Shown here piece by piece: positions 10,142-20,373 of a DNA stretch of 64,000 bases (position 1 is its first letter; every line of letters begins with the position of its first letter). The notes below the pieces were generated by a model. It was not told the DNA's origin. It made no database searches and worked only from the letters and a program-made list of their open reading frames with translations. The DNA comes from Oopsacas minuta (Eukaryota > Animalia > Porifera), in the NCBI GenBank assembly GCA_024704765.1, contig JAKMXF010000347.1:124001-188000 (forward strand). Reading direction: 5' to 3'. A program made the position numbers and the translations under genes.

Positions 10142-13100
10142 TCATAACATTCCACCTTTGTTACAGTGAATAGCGTATAACGTGTCTAGGAATGTAGCAA
10201 TAGACCAAGCTTGTGTAGGACAAGATGACTCACAATTTATTCCATTCTCATTAGTGAGTTCAGGTAATCCCTTCCATTCTGAGTTAAGCAAACAATCATA
10301 AACTCTACTGAGTACTTCATAGACTGAACTAACAATATCTTCTCGGCTACAGAAAGTAAGCACTGCCTGTAGGTAAAAACCAGTCAACCACAACCATTCA
10401 GGTCCTTGATGGTAATTGAATCCGAAAGCAGTATTGTAATCATCTGAATCATTCATAAGGTAATTCCCTCTGTAAGCCCAGTCTTCTCTATCCAATGTAC
10501 GCATGCCTAGAGGCCCCAGTAATGACTCGTTAGCTTGTTCTATTGCTAGCCTAGCATTGTCTGAGTCGAATAGATCAGGAGCTACTACCATGGCGATAGG
10601 GAAATTAGGTCTTAACTGATAATCCGTCCATTTCTGACTAGCTCCCAGTGTGTCTTTGTAAATACCTGTTTTATGAATATAATCCTTATTTTCACCTTCT
10701 TTCTTCTTCGCTTCCTCTTTATCTTGCGGAATCCAGAATTTATCTTCAAAATTATTGCGAATCTTCTCAGCCCACACTTTGAAACTCATCGTGACTCTCT
10801 CTCCAGATAACCCTGCCCTCACTTCCACACCCTCGTAAGGATAGATGCCCTCTGCATACAAATAGCTTAACCAAGAAACTACTGATCTACATAGAGCAAC
10901 TAACTCTATTGCTGATCCATCTCTTGGTGTAGCAGGTTTCCCTTTATTCCCAGCTTGTTCAGAACTTCCCATCTTATCCATCCAAGTACCACAATTATAT
11001 TCACTTCCTCCACACACAAAACCTGTATTTAAATCAACATAAGCTTCAATGTGAAACCCTTCATCTGTCATATCCCTGTCTAACTCTACTCCAGCATTCC
11101 TCTCTTTGAAGTGAATGCCATCACAATGACGTGATAATATCTCCTGGATAATTTCAATCAAGGTTTCTTCCTTAGTTTCACCAAAAGCTTCAGAATCATC
11201 ATCAACAAACACACGAGTAATCTTCTCCTTTAGAATATCATTATCACCAGTGTATTTAGTCAAATACCTTATGGACTCGATGAACCACCAAGGAGCATCT
11301 CTACAATTGTATCTAGACCTTTCTCCTGCACCTAACAGATTAGGAATCATACCATGTCGTATTGTACTAGCATAGGATAAGATATGCTGTCTAGCTTCTG
11401 CCACACGTCCTGTTACTATGAGGATACCTCTTAGTGATATGAAAGTGTCTCTACCCCAGCAACGCATATTTCCGGTTGTGAAGTGAGGCAGACCAGCTGC
11501 TAAAGATCCAGTTGGAATCTCTGACGCATTCTTAGTGTTATGTATAGGGAGAGGAGCTGATTTGCAATCTGATACAAGTTGAACTGAGCATAGTGCTAGA
11601 TTCCGCACTAAAGAATTTCCCTCTTGTACGAATGGTGAAAAGAGTTTCAAACAATGAGATATAATCATGCCATACAGCGAGGATATTATCAGATCGAAGT
11701 AAGAAGGTTTCAAACTACGAGGAATCTTATCTAACTGAATACAGCTATTCAGAAGAATTTTAGATATTGCTGCTAGAGAAGACCTTCTCTTTAACCTCTT
11801 AGCTATAAACTCTAGCATCCAATTACCATCTCTGATATTGTTACAGAGGGGATGTCCTAGCTCATTTGTCCGTCTGATATTATCTAGAATACTAACAACC
11901 CCCTGTAACCCTGCATACACGGTCTTACCGTAACCGGGGATTTCATACAAATCTCCTCCCAACTCCATCTCCTCAGCTTCTGAATGGTACAGTAAGAAGT
12001 TAAAATCTAACAGACTTAGCTTGCTAAGTTCACTATCAAACGTGTTTCTAGCATTCATGCCTTCCACATACTGTGCCCTAGCAACACGATTGAGTTGTTG
12101 GAATGCAGCTAGGCCTCTCAGCCCATTTGCTGCACTAATAGCCTCCTGTCTAGGTTTGATTGACATTATTATGACAGCTCCAGGAGGGAAATCAACAAAC
12201 TCAATCTTAACCTGAGGATCACCAAGCTTAGCTATTACTTTAACTAATTTGCTACGGTTTTGATTTATATTAGATTGAATGAATGGAATATACCCACTCA
12301 ATCCATTGATATTATCTTTATCTTTTTCGTAGCTAATACTCGTATCTTGCTTTATGAATGCTTCCAGAACAATATCAGCTACCTGTCCTTCTAATGTTAG
12401 TGAGGGAATTGGGAATTGTTTGTGTTTATCTTGTTTAGTAGGTTTGTATTGAGCTTCAGGCTCTGAGAAACAAGTATGTGTTATGAGTATGTAAGAGTCT
12501 AATGTATTAGGATTATGTCTGGTTACAGACAGTACTGTATCAGTTAAGGAATCTATGTACATCTCAGTGTAACCTTCTGACACCATGCTAGAATGGAGTC
12601 TATTTAACTCACGCTTAATTTTGAATATTCCAAAACTAAACTCATCCTCTTTATAATTTGAATAGAGTCTCTTCTCCCTGACAATATGGATATGATGTGG
12701 AATTAACTCGTCATAACCTCGACAGCTACCAGTAGGACATGTTGACATAGATATAATCGCGGTTGTTGGCACTACATCAAACACAGTATGTTTCTCTATT
12801 ATATTCTCATTATCATGAGTGACGTCATAGAAAATTGCTAATGGAGTATCACCCTTAGAAGGTAATGTAATCTGTTGGAGCATAGAACCAATAAATAATT
12901 CTCCACCAAATTTGTATATATGTGAACATAAGTCATACGGACGATATGTATGTATTGCTTCACGGATAAGCAGGTTAAGTCCCATACGGTTAATGAACAG
13001 ACTATCTTTCTCTAGAGAATTGGTGAACAATTCAGCTATCACTAGCAAGTTAGGGTTAACTAACCTAGCTTCATCTAAGTAATATTCTGCTACATGGATA

Positions 13101-14782
13101 GGTGTATTGTGACAATTGTCAATACGAAACCCATCAAACATCCTAGCCATTAGGATAGTGTAGTGTCTCATGTATTCCCATAACCATGGATTGTCTGCAG
13201 GTTTGTCTCCGTAATTCAGTTTACACGAATCTCCCCATACTTCAACATCTCTACGTAGATATACGTTGGATTCAGGTCCTGCTATGTTTAAGACGGGATT
13301 CCAATCGATTACATAACCATTGTGGATTAACACTTTTTTAGCTTGCTCCTTATCTTCTATCTGCTCATCAGTTAGCCATATGTGTCCATCAAGATGAAAG
13401 AAGTACTCAGGAGTAATTGGTGTATCCTCAGATATATATGTTAGGCTAGGTCCTGATTTATCAAGAAATCTCCAGTCAAATCTATTCATACTAGCAGTAA
13501 TAGAATCATTTAAGTAATTCTCCATTGAGTGCTGAGATTCTGCATTCATTTGTAACAGAGATTTCTTGAAATTAGCTAAACAGCTCTCAATCTTCCCAGC
13601 AGATGAAGAATTGTCTAATCCCCCAAAGAATATCTGCAGAGCTAAATCTTCATCTATCCAGGCTGCATGTCTAACAAATGTCTTATTAATTGGGTATAGC
13701 TTATCTTTACTTTCTCCAATCTTACTATACTCTGTAGTCTGTAGCTTATCATATACTGATGTGTATACCTTGTCTACATCTACTTGTAAATACTCCTCCA
13801 GTTTAGTTCTCTCTGGTAGCAACTTAGTCAAGAGCTTTTCAAGACTGTTCTTGTATCCTTGCGCGTCATCCTTCGATACCACTCTCGTCACCCCATATGT
13901 ATCCTCATGTGATGCTATTCCTATCTCTTTGGACAAGTTGGCTAGCTCTCTATCAACTACATAAGCAGGGATTAGATGTAGAGAATTGCATAAGTTGTAA
14001 CCAGCATCTGGATGATCTCGTAGCCAGACACAATCGTATGAGCAATGATTCCAAACTAAATCTGTAACTCGCATCAGTCCCCATTCAGAAGACACATTCC
14101 TAAGCGCCTCTTCCAGCACCATGTGTCCCTTATCAATTTCATACGAGAAATCACTACAAATAGTATTATCTATTTTAATGTTAGCGCTACCAGACAATTT
14201 GGCCTGAACCTCAGGAGATATAATGTTTGGATGTAATTTCAAATGATCCTTGATTGAATAAGCTGAATCAGAGTTTCCTCTCTCCTGTACTGGTGTCAGG
14301 TGTATAGCATTGTAATTACAGTACTTAGACAAGCATAGTCGTGGTTTCCAGTCTTCTAACGTGCCGAGACACCTGACTATATACGTCTGTAGTGTAATTG
14401 AATTGATGGGAATATTCGTTTTAGGTTCTACAATAAAGTAACCTTTCTTCTCGATAGAAATTCCCTCTACACTTATCCATGTGTATAGAAAACAAAACGT
14501 TCCTGGCTTGTCAACATTTATTGATATACTCCTATCTGGATCAAATTCTTTGAAAGTTTTCTGAGTACTCATCCATGGTACATCATAGTACTTCTCTCTT
14601 GAGAATGTTGTAGAATCGGAATTTACAGGATAGTTAGTAGAAAAGTGTATCTGTCTAGCTATTAACAGAGGATGGAGTTTGAATATTAATTCACAGCCAT
14701 ATTTACAATTGTAAAAGTTAGATTCTAGGCTCTCTGAGGCTGGAGGTAATCGGATCTCTTTCTGGTATCTGATTTGTGACAT
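10142..14782 (-). CDS. AGL: Glycogen debranching enzyme (4-alpha-glucanotransferase/amylo-1,6-glucosidase), intronless, 1546 aa
   Basis: GFRIDNCHNTP, AELFT and YDVTHDN transferase motifs; LAAGLPHF, RCWGRDTFISLRG, TWMDKMG and YHQGPEW glucosidase motifs; gccaccATG Kozak context. Confidence 0.96.
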   Translation of the reverse strand: MSQIRYQKEIRLPPASESLESNFYNCKYGCELIFKLHPLLIARQIHFSTNYPVNSDSTTFSREKYYDVPWMSTQKTFKEFDPDRSISINVDKPGTFCFLYTWISVEGISIEKKGYFIVEPKTNIPINSITLQTYIVRCLGTLEDWKPRLCLSKYCNYNAIHLTPVQERGNSDSAYSIKDHLKLHPNIISPEVQAKLSGSANIKIDNTICSDFSYEIDKGHMVLEEALRNVSSEWGLMRVTDLVWNHCSYDCVWLRDHPDAGYNLCNSLHLIPAYVVDRELANLSKEIGIASHEDTYGVTRVVSKDDAQGYKNSLEKLLTKLLPERTKLEEYLQVDVDKVYTSVYDKLQTTEYSKIGESKDKLYPINKTFVRHAAWIDEDLALQIFFGGLDNSSSAGKIESCLANFKKSLLQMNAESQHSMENYLNDSITASMNRFDWRFLDKSGPSLTYISEDTPITPEYFFHLDGHIWLTDEQIEDKEQAKKVLIHNGYVIDWNPVLNIAGPESNVYLRRDVEVWGDSCKLNYGDKPADNPWLWEYMRHYTILMARMFDGFRIDNCHNTPIHVAEYYLDEARLVNPNLLVIAELFTNSLEKDSLFINRMGLNLLIREAIHTYRPYDLCSHIYKFGGELFIGSMLQQITLPSKGDTPLAIFYDVTHDNENIIEKHTVFDVVPTTAIISMSTCPTGSCRGYDELIPHHIHIVREKRLYSNYKEDEFSFGIFKIKRELNRLHSSMVSEGYTEMYIDSLTDTVLSVTRHNPNTLDSYILITHTCFSEPEAQYKPTKQDKHKQFPIPSLTLEGQVADIVLEAFIKQDTSISYEKDKDNINGLSGYIPFIQSNINQNRSKLVKVIAKLGDPQVKIEFVDFPPGAVIIMSIKPRQEAISAANGLRGLAAFQQLNRVARAQYVEGMNARNTFDSELSKLSLLDFNFLLYHSEAEEMELGGDLYEIPGYGKTVYAGLQGVVSILDNIRRTNELGHPLCNNIRDGNWMLEFIAKRLKRRSSLAAISKILLNSCIQLDKIPRSLKPSYFDLIISSLYGMIISHCLKLFSPFVQEGNSLVRNLALCSVQLVSDCKSAPLPIHNTKNASEIPTGSLAAGLPHFTTGNMRCWGRDTFISLRGILIVTGRVAEARQHILSYASTIRHGMIPNLLGAGERSRYNCRDAPWWFIESIRYLTKYTGDNDILKEKITRVFVDDDSEAFGETKEETLIEIIQEILSRHCDGIHFKERNAGVELDRDMTDEGFHIEAYVDLNTGFVCGGSEYNCGTWMDKMGSSEQAGNKGKPATPRDGSAIELVALCRSVVSWLSYLYAEGIYPYEGVEVRAGLSGERVTMSFKVWAEKIRNNFEDKFWIPQDKEEAKKKEGENKDYIHKTGIYKDTLGASQKWTDYQLRPNFPIAMVVAPDLFDSDNARLAIEQANESLLGPLGMRTLDREDWAYRGNYLMNDSDDYNTAFGFNYHQGPEWLWLTGFYLQAVLTFCSREDIVSSVYEVLSRVYDCLLNSEWKGLPELTNENGINCESSCPTQAWSIATFLDTLYAIHCNKGGML

Positions 14783-15019
14783 GGTGGCAAAGCTCTATTG
14801 ATTGTCTAGACTTATATTTGAACCAGGTAAAATATGATAAATAAAATACCTATGTATAATTCTTGTAAAAATTACCATTAATAATAGGAAGTAGAGAGAA
14901 ATATTAAAATGTTATTAATAATCAAGGGCGTAGATCATAAGCGCAACTATCCTCCCAGTATGGGTAAGTTAATAATTCATAAATCGCATGGACATTTCTT
15001 CTGAGTTTTGAACCTGTTA

Positions 15020-16297
15020 TCAGAAAAATTGAACACAATGATCAGGATTTGTAGAAGCAACTACTATTCTTCCTTCTGAATCTAGTGCAATTCCACGCGG
15101 TGCAATAAACTTACCAGAGGATACGCCTTCCTCCCCGAATTTGTGAATTTCTCTCCCATCTTTGGTAAATATGAGCACCTGACAAGTTTTGAAATCCGTA
15201 AGTAAAATGTTTGAGAGGATGTCTAGACAGAAATGGACTGGCTTACCAACTTGACTTCCTTCAATTCCAAATGATATAATCTCTCTTATCAGCTGATTAT
15301 CGTAGTTATATACACGGAAACAAGGATTATGCCTATCAAGAATAAATATCTCTTTCTTGGATACTTTTACATCTACAGGTTTGATTAATCCAGGAATAAA
15401 CGAATTGAAAGATAGGTCAGAGTTCAATACTTGAACTCTGTCATTCTCTCTCTCACAAATATACAAAGTGTAATTGTCCTCTGAGTAACAAATTCCTAAA
15501 GGACTCCTGAATTGCAATTCATGATTCCCTTCCATTCCAAATGATTCAATAAATTTACCATCAGTATCCGTATACATAGTAATAACGTGACCAGTAAATT
15601 GTGTGACATACACTCGATTGTTATGAAAACATATACCAGCTGGGTAATTCATTTGATCTGACAAAGTATATAGGAATTTACAAGAGCTATTAAACACCTG
15701 AATACGGTTGTTAAGAGCATCGCTTATGTATATATTGCGTGTAAGGGGATATATTGCAACTGCAGTGGGGCTTTTGAACTTTCTAGGCTGAGTAGATGTA
15801 TTTGGTTTGTATTTACATGCTACATGTACAGGTTTGCTTTTTTCGTGATAACCTAAGTTAGGTTTGGACAGTACGATTAATTTCTCATCATCTTCTTGAT
15901 ATCGTGAGGGTATCGTGATGGTGCCAAGGACTTTTATCAAATATTCCAATTCTCTTTCATCACCCCAGCTGATTTTAATATATTCTTCTCTTTCTTCCAG
16001 TTCTGTCAGTTTAGCATCAAGAGGAGCTAGCATTGCAAATAGAATGTCCTTATTTTCATTTCCTTTAATAGAGGCATTTAACTGATCTTTTGTAGTTAAA
16101 AGCTCTTTCCTCTGTTTGATCTCTCTAAGATATTGCGGTTTGCAAGTATCTTCAATCTCTCGCAGCTGACGTAACAAAACTTCTTCCCTCTCCTGGAGAA
16201 GTATATGAGCTCGAGAGAACTTATCTCTCACTTCAATGCGAATAGATTCTACCTGGGAGAAAAGTCCGTATGATTCTTGTTCTCTTACCTCGGCCAT
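15020..16297 (-). CDS. Coiled-coil + six NHL-repeat beta-propeller protein (TRIM2/3/71-like, lacking RING and B-box)
   Basis: First ATG at 16297 (MAEVREQ..). N-terminal heptad-rich helix. NHL repeats FKSPTAVAI..IYISDALNNRIQVF, FRSPLGIC..LYICERENDRVQV and FIAPRGIALDSEGRIVVA. Confidence 0.85.
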   Translation of the reverse strand: MAEVREQESYGLFSQVESIRIEVRDKFSRAHILLQEREEVLLRQLREIEDTCKPQYLREIKQRKELLTTKDQLNASIKGNENKDILFAMLAPLDAKLTELEEREEYIKISWGDERELEYLIKVLGTITIPSRYQEDDEKLIVLSKPNLGYHEKSKPVHVACKYKPNTSTQPRKFKSPTAVAIYPLTRNIYISDALNNRIQVFNSSCKFLYTLSDQMNYPAGICFHNNRVYVTQFTGHVITMYTDTDGKFIESFGMEGNHELQFRSPLGICYSEDNYTLYICERENDRVQVLNSDLSFNSFIPGLIKPVDVKVSKKEIFILDRHNPCFRVYNYDNQLIREIISFGIEGSQVGKPVHFCLDILSNILLTDFKTCQVLIFTKDGREIHKFGEEGVSSGKFIAPRGIALDSEGRIVVASTNPDHCVQFF

Positions 16298-16475
16298 TGT
16301 ACAAATAGTTTTAATTAAACTAGATACACACAATACTTATTTCATTTAATAATGTAAGTTAAGAACACTATATCTACAGAATATATGTATCATATAGCTG
16401 TCATGCTTATGGGTTAATTGTTCTTATATCATTTAATATGGCATAAATAAACAATTTAATTGATCTGTAGAGTAC

Positions 16476-16955
16476 TAGTATTGTTGTATGACAGAATAAC
16501 TGCCTTGTATTAGTATAACCATGGATATTTATCCATGACAGTTCAACTACTGTTTTATTATGACTTCCCAACAATTTCAGTTCTAATATCAAGATTAGGC
16601 TTAGATTCCTTATTTTAAAATTCGTAACCATACATACTACTGCACTTCTCATACAATTTCCAGTCCAGGTAATAATATTTTAATGGATGAGTTTGAGAGT
16701 TAAGGGAGAGATACTGTAGTACAGTGGAGTGTCCCAAAACGAACACTCTGAAAAGCAGACAACCCCTCCACAACGGACAAAGTCTTGTCCCGAACGTGTC
16801 CGTAATTCGGAGATTAAATAAGGAATCTAAGCCTAATCTTGATATTGGAACTGAAATTGTTGGGAAGTCATAATAAAACAGTAGTTGAACTGTCATGTAT
16901 AAATATCCATGGTTATACTAATACAAGGTAGTTATTCTGTCATACAACAGTACTA
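16476..16955. mobile_element. Foldback / long-TIR MITE with 140-bp arms and a 200-bp spacer
   Basis: 16476-16615 is the reverse complement of 16816-16955 with 4 mismatches; both ends finish in TA. Confidence 0.85.
16720..16815 (+). mobile_element. Pogo/Tigger-like MITE left part nested in the foldback spacer
   Basis: TA|CAGTGGAGTGTCCC.. followed by repeated (c)ggaca/gtgtccg subterminal motifs; right end truncated at the foldback arm. Confidence 0.5.
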
Positions 16956-17281
16956 ACCCAAAGTAGTAATACCTGTGTATAACTGATATGATATATATAT
17001 GCCAGCTGATGGATCCTGAGTATGTTTGAACCTAATCTCCCGCGTGTTTTGTCATCTCCTCGGGACCATCATTCCACTAAGTTTGATAGTAATTTACGCC
17101 AGAAATATAAAGTTAACGATTAATATGTAATAAATAATAAAAACGACTTTACAATGTTAATGGCATAGTTTAAAGTACAAAATGAAGAGTTAGTGAGTAT
17201 CAGGGAAAGAACAAGTATATACAAAAGGGAAATAATTGAGGTAGAGATGAGAAATAGAGAGAGAAAGGGTTAAAATTGAAG

Positions 17282-19669
17282 TCAAAGCCATCTTCCAAGA
17301 GTTGCATATCCAATTCGAGATTTATTGAGTTGATCACTTTTGTCTAACTTCTTAAAACCAATATTTAAGTAAAATTCAAATAACTCAAATTTCTCTTCAT
17401 TAACATCTACGTGAATACCTTTTGACCCTTTTGCCTTTAAAACTGAAATGATACAACGTACCATTCTGGTTAGAATGCTCTTACCACGATCACGAGTTGT
17501 TAATTCAACATGGAAGTGAGATGGAAAATCCTTCAGAATAGATGACGTCATATCTATTTTAGTTTGATGGAGAGAACCAAGTAATTGTGATTCAGAATTG
17601 AGTTCAGTATCATCGTTAGGACAGGGATATTTCTTACGTATCCTAGGCAACCAAGTTTCCATTAGGAATGTATAGAATTCAGTTGAATCACTGGTTGCCA
17701 TGATATACCCACAAACTCCCCAATTATCCTCTGCTACGAAGCAGAGATTGGGAGAAAACTCGAGATATGAATTTACCCGGATATCAGTAATAATGTCTGG
17801 GAAGGTTTGGAAAGATTCTGTTTCATTTTGTTCTGACTTAAGACAAACGGAGAAGAGACTTGATTTATCTCCTTCCTGATAAGGCCGTATAGTTATAATC
17901 TCCATACAGCTGTGAGGTATATTCTTGTAAGAATATAGCTCTGTCGAGTGTTCCACGTGGGGTAGGAGTCTTTGTATGTCTCCGGTAAGACCGCCTCCGG
18001 ATAGACAAGAAGGGTCCTTAGGAAGATAGCTAGAAGATTTAAGATCGTCTTTAGCTTGTGCTAACCACTTTAAAAATGAGTCAAACAATAATACAGCCTC
18101 CTTACAGTCCCACAAGTAAGGATGTATCTGTCTAAACAGCTCTCTATTAGGTATCTGTACTAGTCTAATAGCTAGCTGAACAACACGCTCACTAATTCTA
18201 TGAAAGTTTTCAACTCTCTCTAACCATATCTTATCCATTCCTAGCTCTTTATCTTCTGTATCTGTGTGATGAGATTGATGCATCTTATAACCGTACTCTT
18301 TCAGCCATACAGCTTCTTGTAGTAAGTCTTCAGCTGCAGGACCGTGCTCACCCGGTAGATAGAATAAGTCACAGAGTAGAGATAGATCCTCTACACTCAA
18401 TTTACCTTCGTATTTACGATACTTCTCAGAAACTGGTTTCAGAACTCTCTCACACTCCATCTCTACTTCTCCACTAGAAGTCGCTAACTCTGTGTCCATT
18501 GTATTCAGACCTGCCGTTAGCGGAGATTCGTAGAAGTAAGGTATCCAATCACTCAGTGCTGTCACCATTACCTTACGTGGTTCATAGATTATACTAGATT
18601 TCGATTCGTCTACTGAAATAACCTCCATATCTTGTGGAGTATCAGCTTTCATGATATCAGCTGTTTTGGCAGTCACTGGTATTATTGTATCTTTCAAATC
18701 CAGGTCGCCAGGTGGCGTACCAATCTCCGTATCTTTCAAACCAAGGCTTGACAGGTCGACAGGTGACGTATCAATCTCCATTGAATCAGCCTGTAGAGAA
18801 GCTTCATACACTTTCTGGTAATAACTACAATAAGCACCAAGTGTGTATAATGGTACATAGTTCATCTCAAACTCGTTGTTAGGGTTTGACAGTATCCCAG
18901 AGAGATGAGCTAGTAATCTGGTTGATCTACCCGTATACGGACCAAGATACAGTCTCCTCTGGTCATAGTCATTAGCATGTAGGTTGTCCCATATAACAGG
19001 CCGGCGTCTAATAACTTTAATTAATTTCTTTATAGATTTGGTGGAGATTCGATTAGAAATTACTCTATTGCCAGTCCACATAACTCGTATATTTGAGTGT
19101 AGTTTCTCTCCAATTACATTAAGATAGACACTCCCATTCAATTCTGGGCCGATATGAGAACCACAGTACTCCGTAGGACAAAATAGAAATACTTTAGGTT
19201 CTCCTGTCTGTTGGTAAATCTCATTAGTTAGATCTGCCTGAGCTTCTGCAGGAGATGAGAATTTGAGGGAATCATCTTTACTCAGATTGGACTCAATATC
19301 ATCGAATAGAATAGCAAAACTTTTTATGCCTACACTCTGTAGCTGTTGGAATTTGTCTAACAGAGATTTCCTATCAGTTAGTTTAGAGAACGATATATTG
19401 AGACCTGGCGAGATTGCGTATATGAAATCTACATTATTATTATTAGCAGCAATTCGTAGATCTTTGAAATTATCCAATTCTAACTGAGTGTAGGGTTCTC
19501 TCCAATCTGCTCTGTGTTTTGTATCATCTTTTGGAGCATACATGTAGTACTGTAAATGCCAATGGTACATTCTTTGGAACAGACAAATCCGCTCCTCCTT
19601 GGTCCATGGTATACCATAGAATCCCTCAACTACACCCCCTAGAAACTGGTGAGATATCTGATCGGCCAT
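17282..19669 (-). CDS. OGA: Protein O-GlcNAcase (GH84 + C-terminal pseudo-HAT/GNAT), intronless
   Basis: GVVEGFYG, YMYAPKDD, catalytic ILFDD, FCPTEY, WTG and WDNLHANDYD motifs; C-terminal GNAT-like domain (FYLNIGF). First ATG at 19669. Confidence 0.95.
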   Translation of the reverse strand: MADQISHQFLGGVVEGFYGIPWTKEERICLFQRMYHWHLQYYMYAPKDDTKHRADWREPYTQLELDNFKDLRIAANNNNVDFIYAISPGLNISFSKLTDRKSLLDKFQQLQSVGIKSFAILFDDIESNLSKDDSLKFSSPAEAQADLTNEIYQQTGEPKVFLFCPTEYCGSHIGPELNGSVYLNVIGEKLHSNIRVMWTGNRVISNRISTKSIKKLIKVIRRRPVIWDNLHANDYDQRRLYLGPYTGRSTRLLAHLSGILSNPNNEFEMNYVPLYTLGAYCSYYQKVYEASLQADSMEIDTSPVDLSSLGLKDTEIGTPPGDLDLKDTIIPVTAKTADIMKADTPQDMEVISVDESKSSIIYEPRKVMVTALSDWIPYFYESPLTAGLNTMDTELATSSGEVEMECERVLKPVSEKYRKYEGKLSVEDLSLLCDLFYLPGEHGPAAEDLLQEAVWLKEYGYKMHQSHHTDTEDKELGMDKIWLERVENFHRISERVVQLAIRLVQIPNRELFRQIHPYLWDCKEAVLLFDSFLKWLAQAKDDLKSSSYLPKDPSCLSGGGLTGDIQRLLPHVEHSTELYSYKNIPHSCMEIITIRPYQEGDKSSLFSVCLKSEQNETESFQTFPDIITDIRVNSYLEFSPNLCFVAEDNWGVCGYIMATSDSTEFYTFLMETWLPRIRKKYPCPNDDTELNSESQLLGSLHQTKIDMTSSILKDFPSHFHVELTTRDRGKSILTRMVRCIISVLKAKGSKGIHVDVNEEKFELFEFYLNIGFKKLDKSDQLNKSRIGYATLGRWL

Positions 19670-20373
19670 TCTACATAAGACTGTTCTCAAACTGTATTAG
19701 GATTCAATATTTTATGTGAATAAGTAATCCATTCTATGAACAAAATGTGTATTAATATTATACAAGAAAACAGCTGTAACTGACTTTGTAGAACAGAAGC
19801 CTATTTTACATTATACGTAGATATCAGATTTACCTGAAAGCCATATAATTTCAAACTTATGGCAGGTTGCAACTGGTGCAAATTCTCTCACCAGGCCCGT
19901 AGGTAGCACTGTACTTATCAATCTAAAGTTGGTCCAGTTGATACCTGACCAACCGGACCGTATGCCATGCATTGCACAATCTCTGCTCAGCTCAGTATAA
20001 CTGCAAAAACAGTTTGCAAAATCTAACGTATTTACTGTACAAGTAACTACTACTACTTCAGTATATAATTAATATATGGTAACATATGGTTTACGTCAGT
20101 TTCAAAGAATATTGAAACAGATATCAGTCTGAATAATAACAGTTGATCATGTCTAGCTACCATACACAATCTATGAATAATATACAATCAAATATAACAA
20201 TACTGAATACAGATTACAGATTGCTAAAATAGTATAGTACATTCAAAGATAAAAAGAAATTAAGAAATCTGAGCAAAATAAAACAGGGCATCCGTCAATC
20301 AAGAAAATTCGTATCTAATACAAAAACGCAATCAAGCAAAAGCTACTAAAACAAACTTATAAACTAAAAAAAC

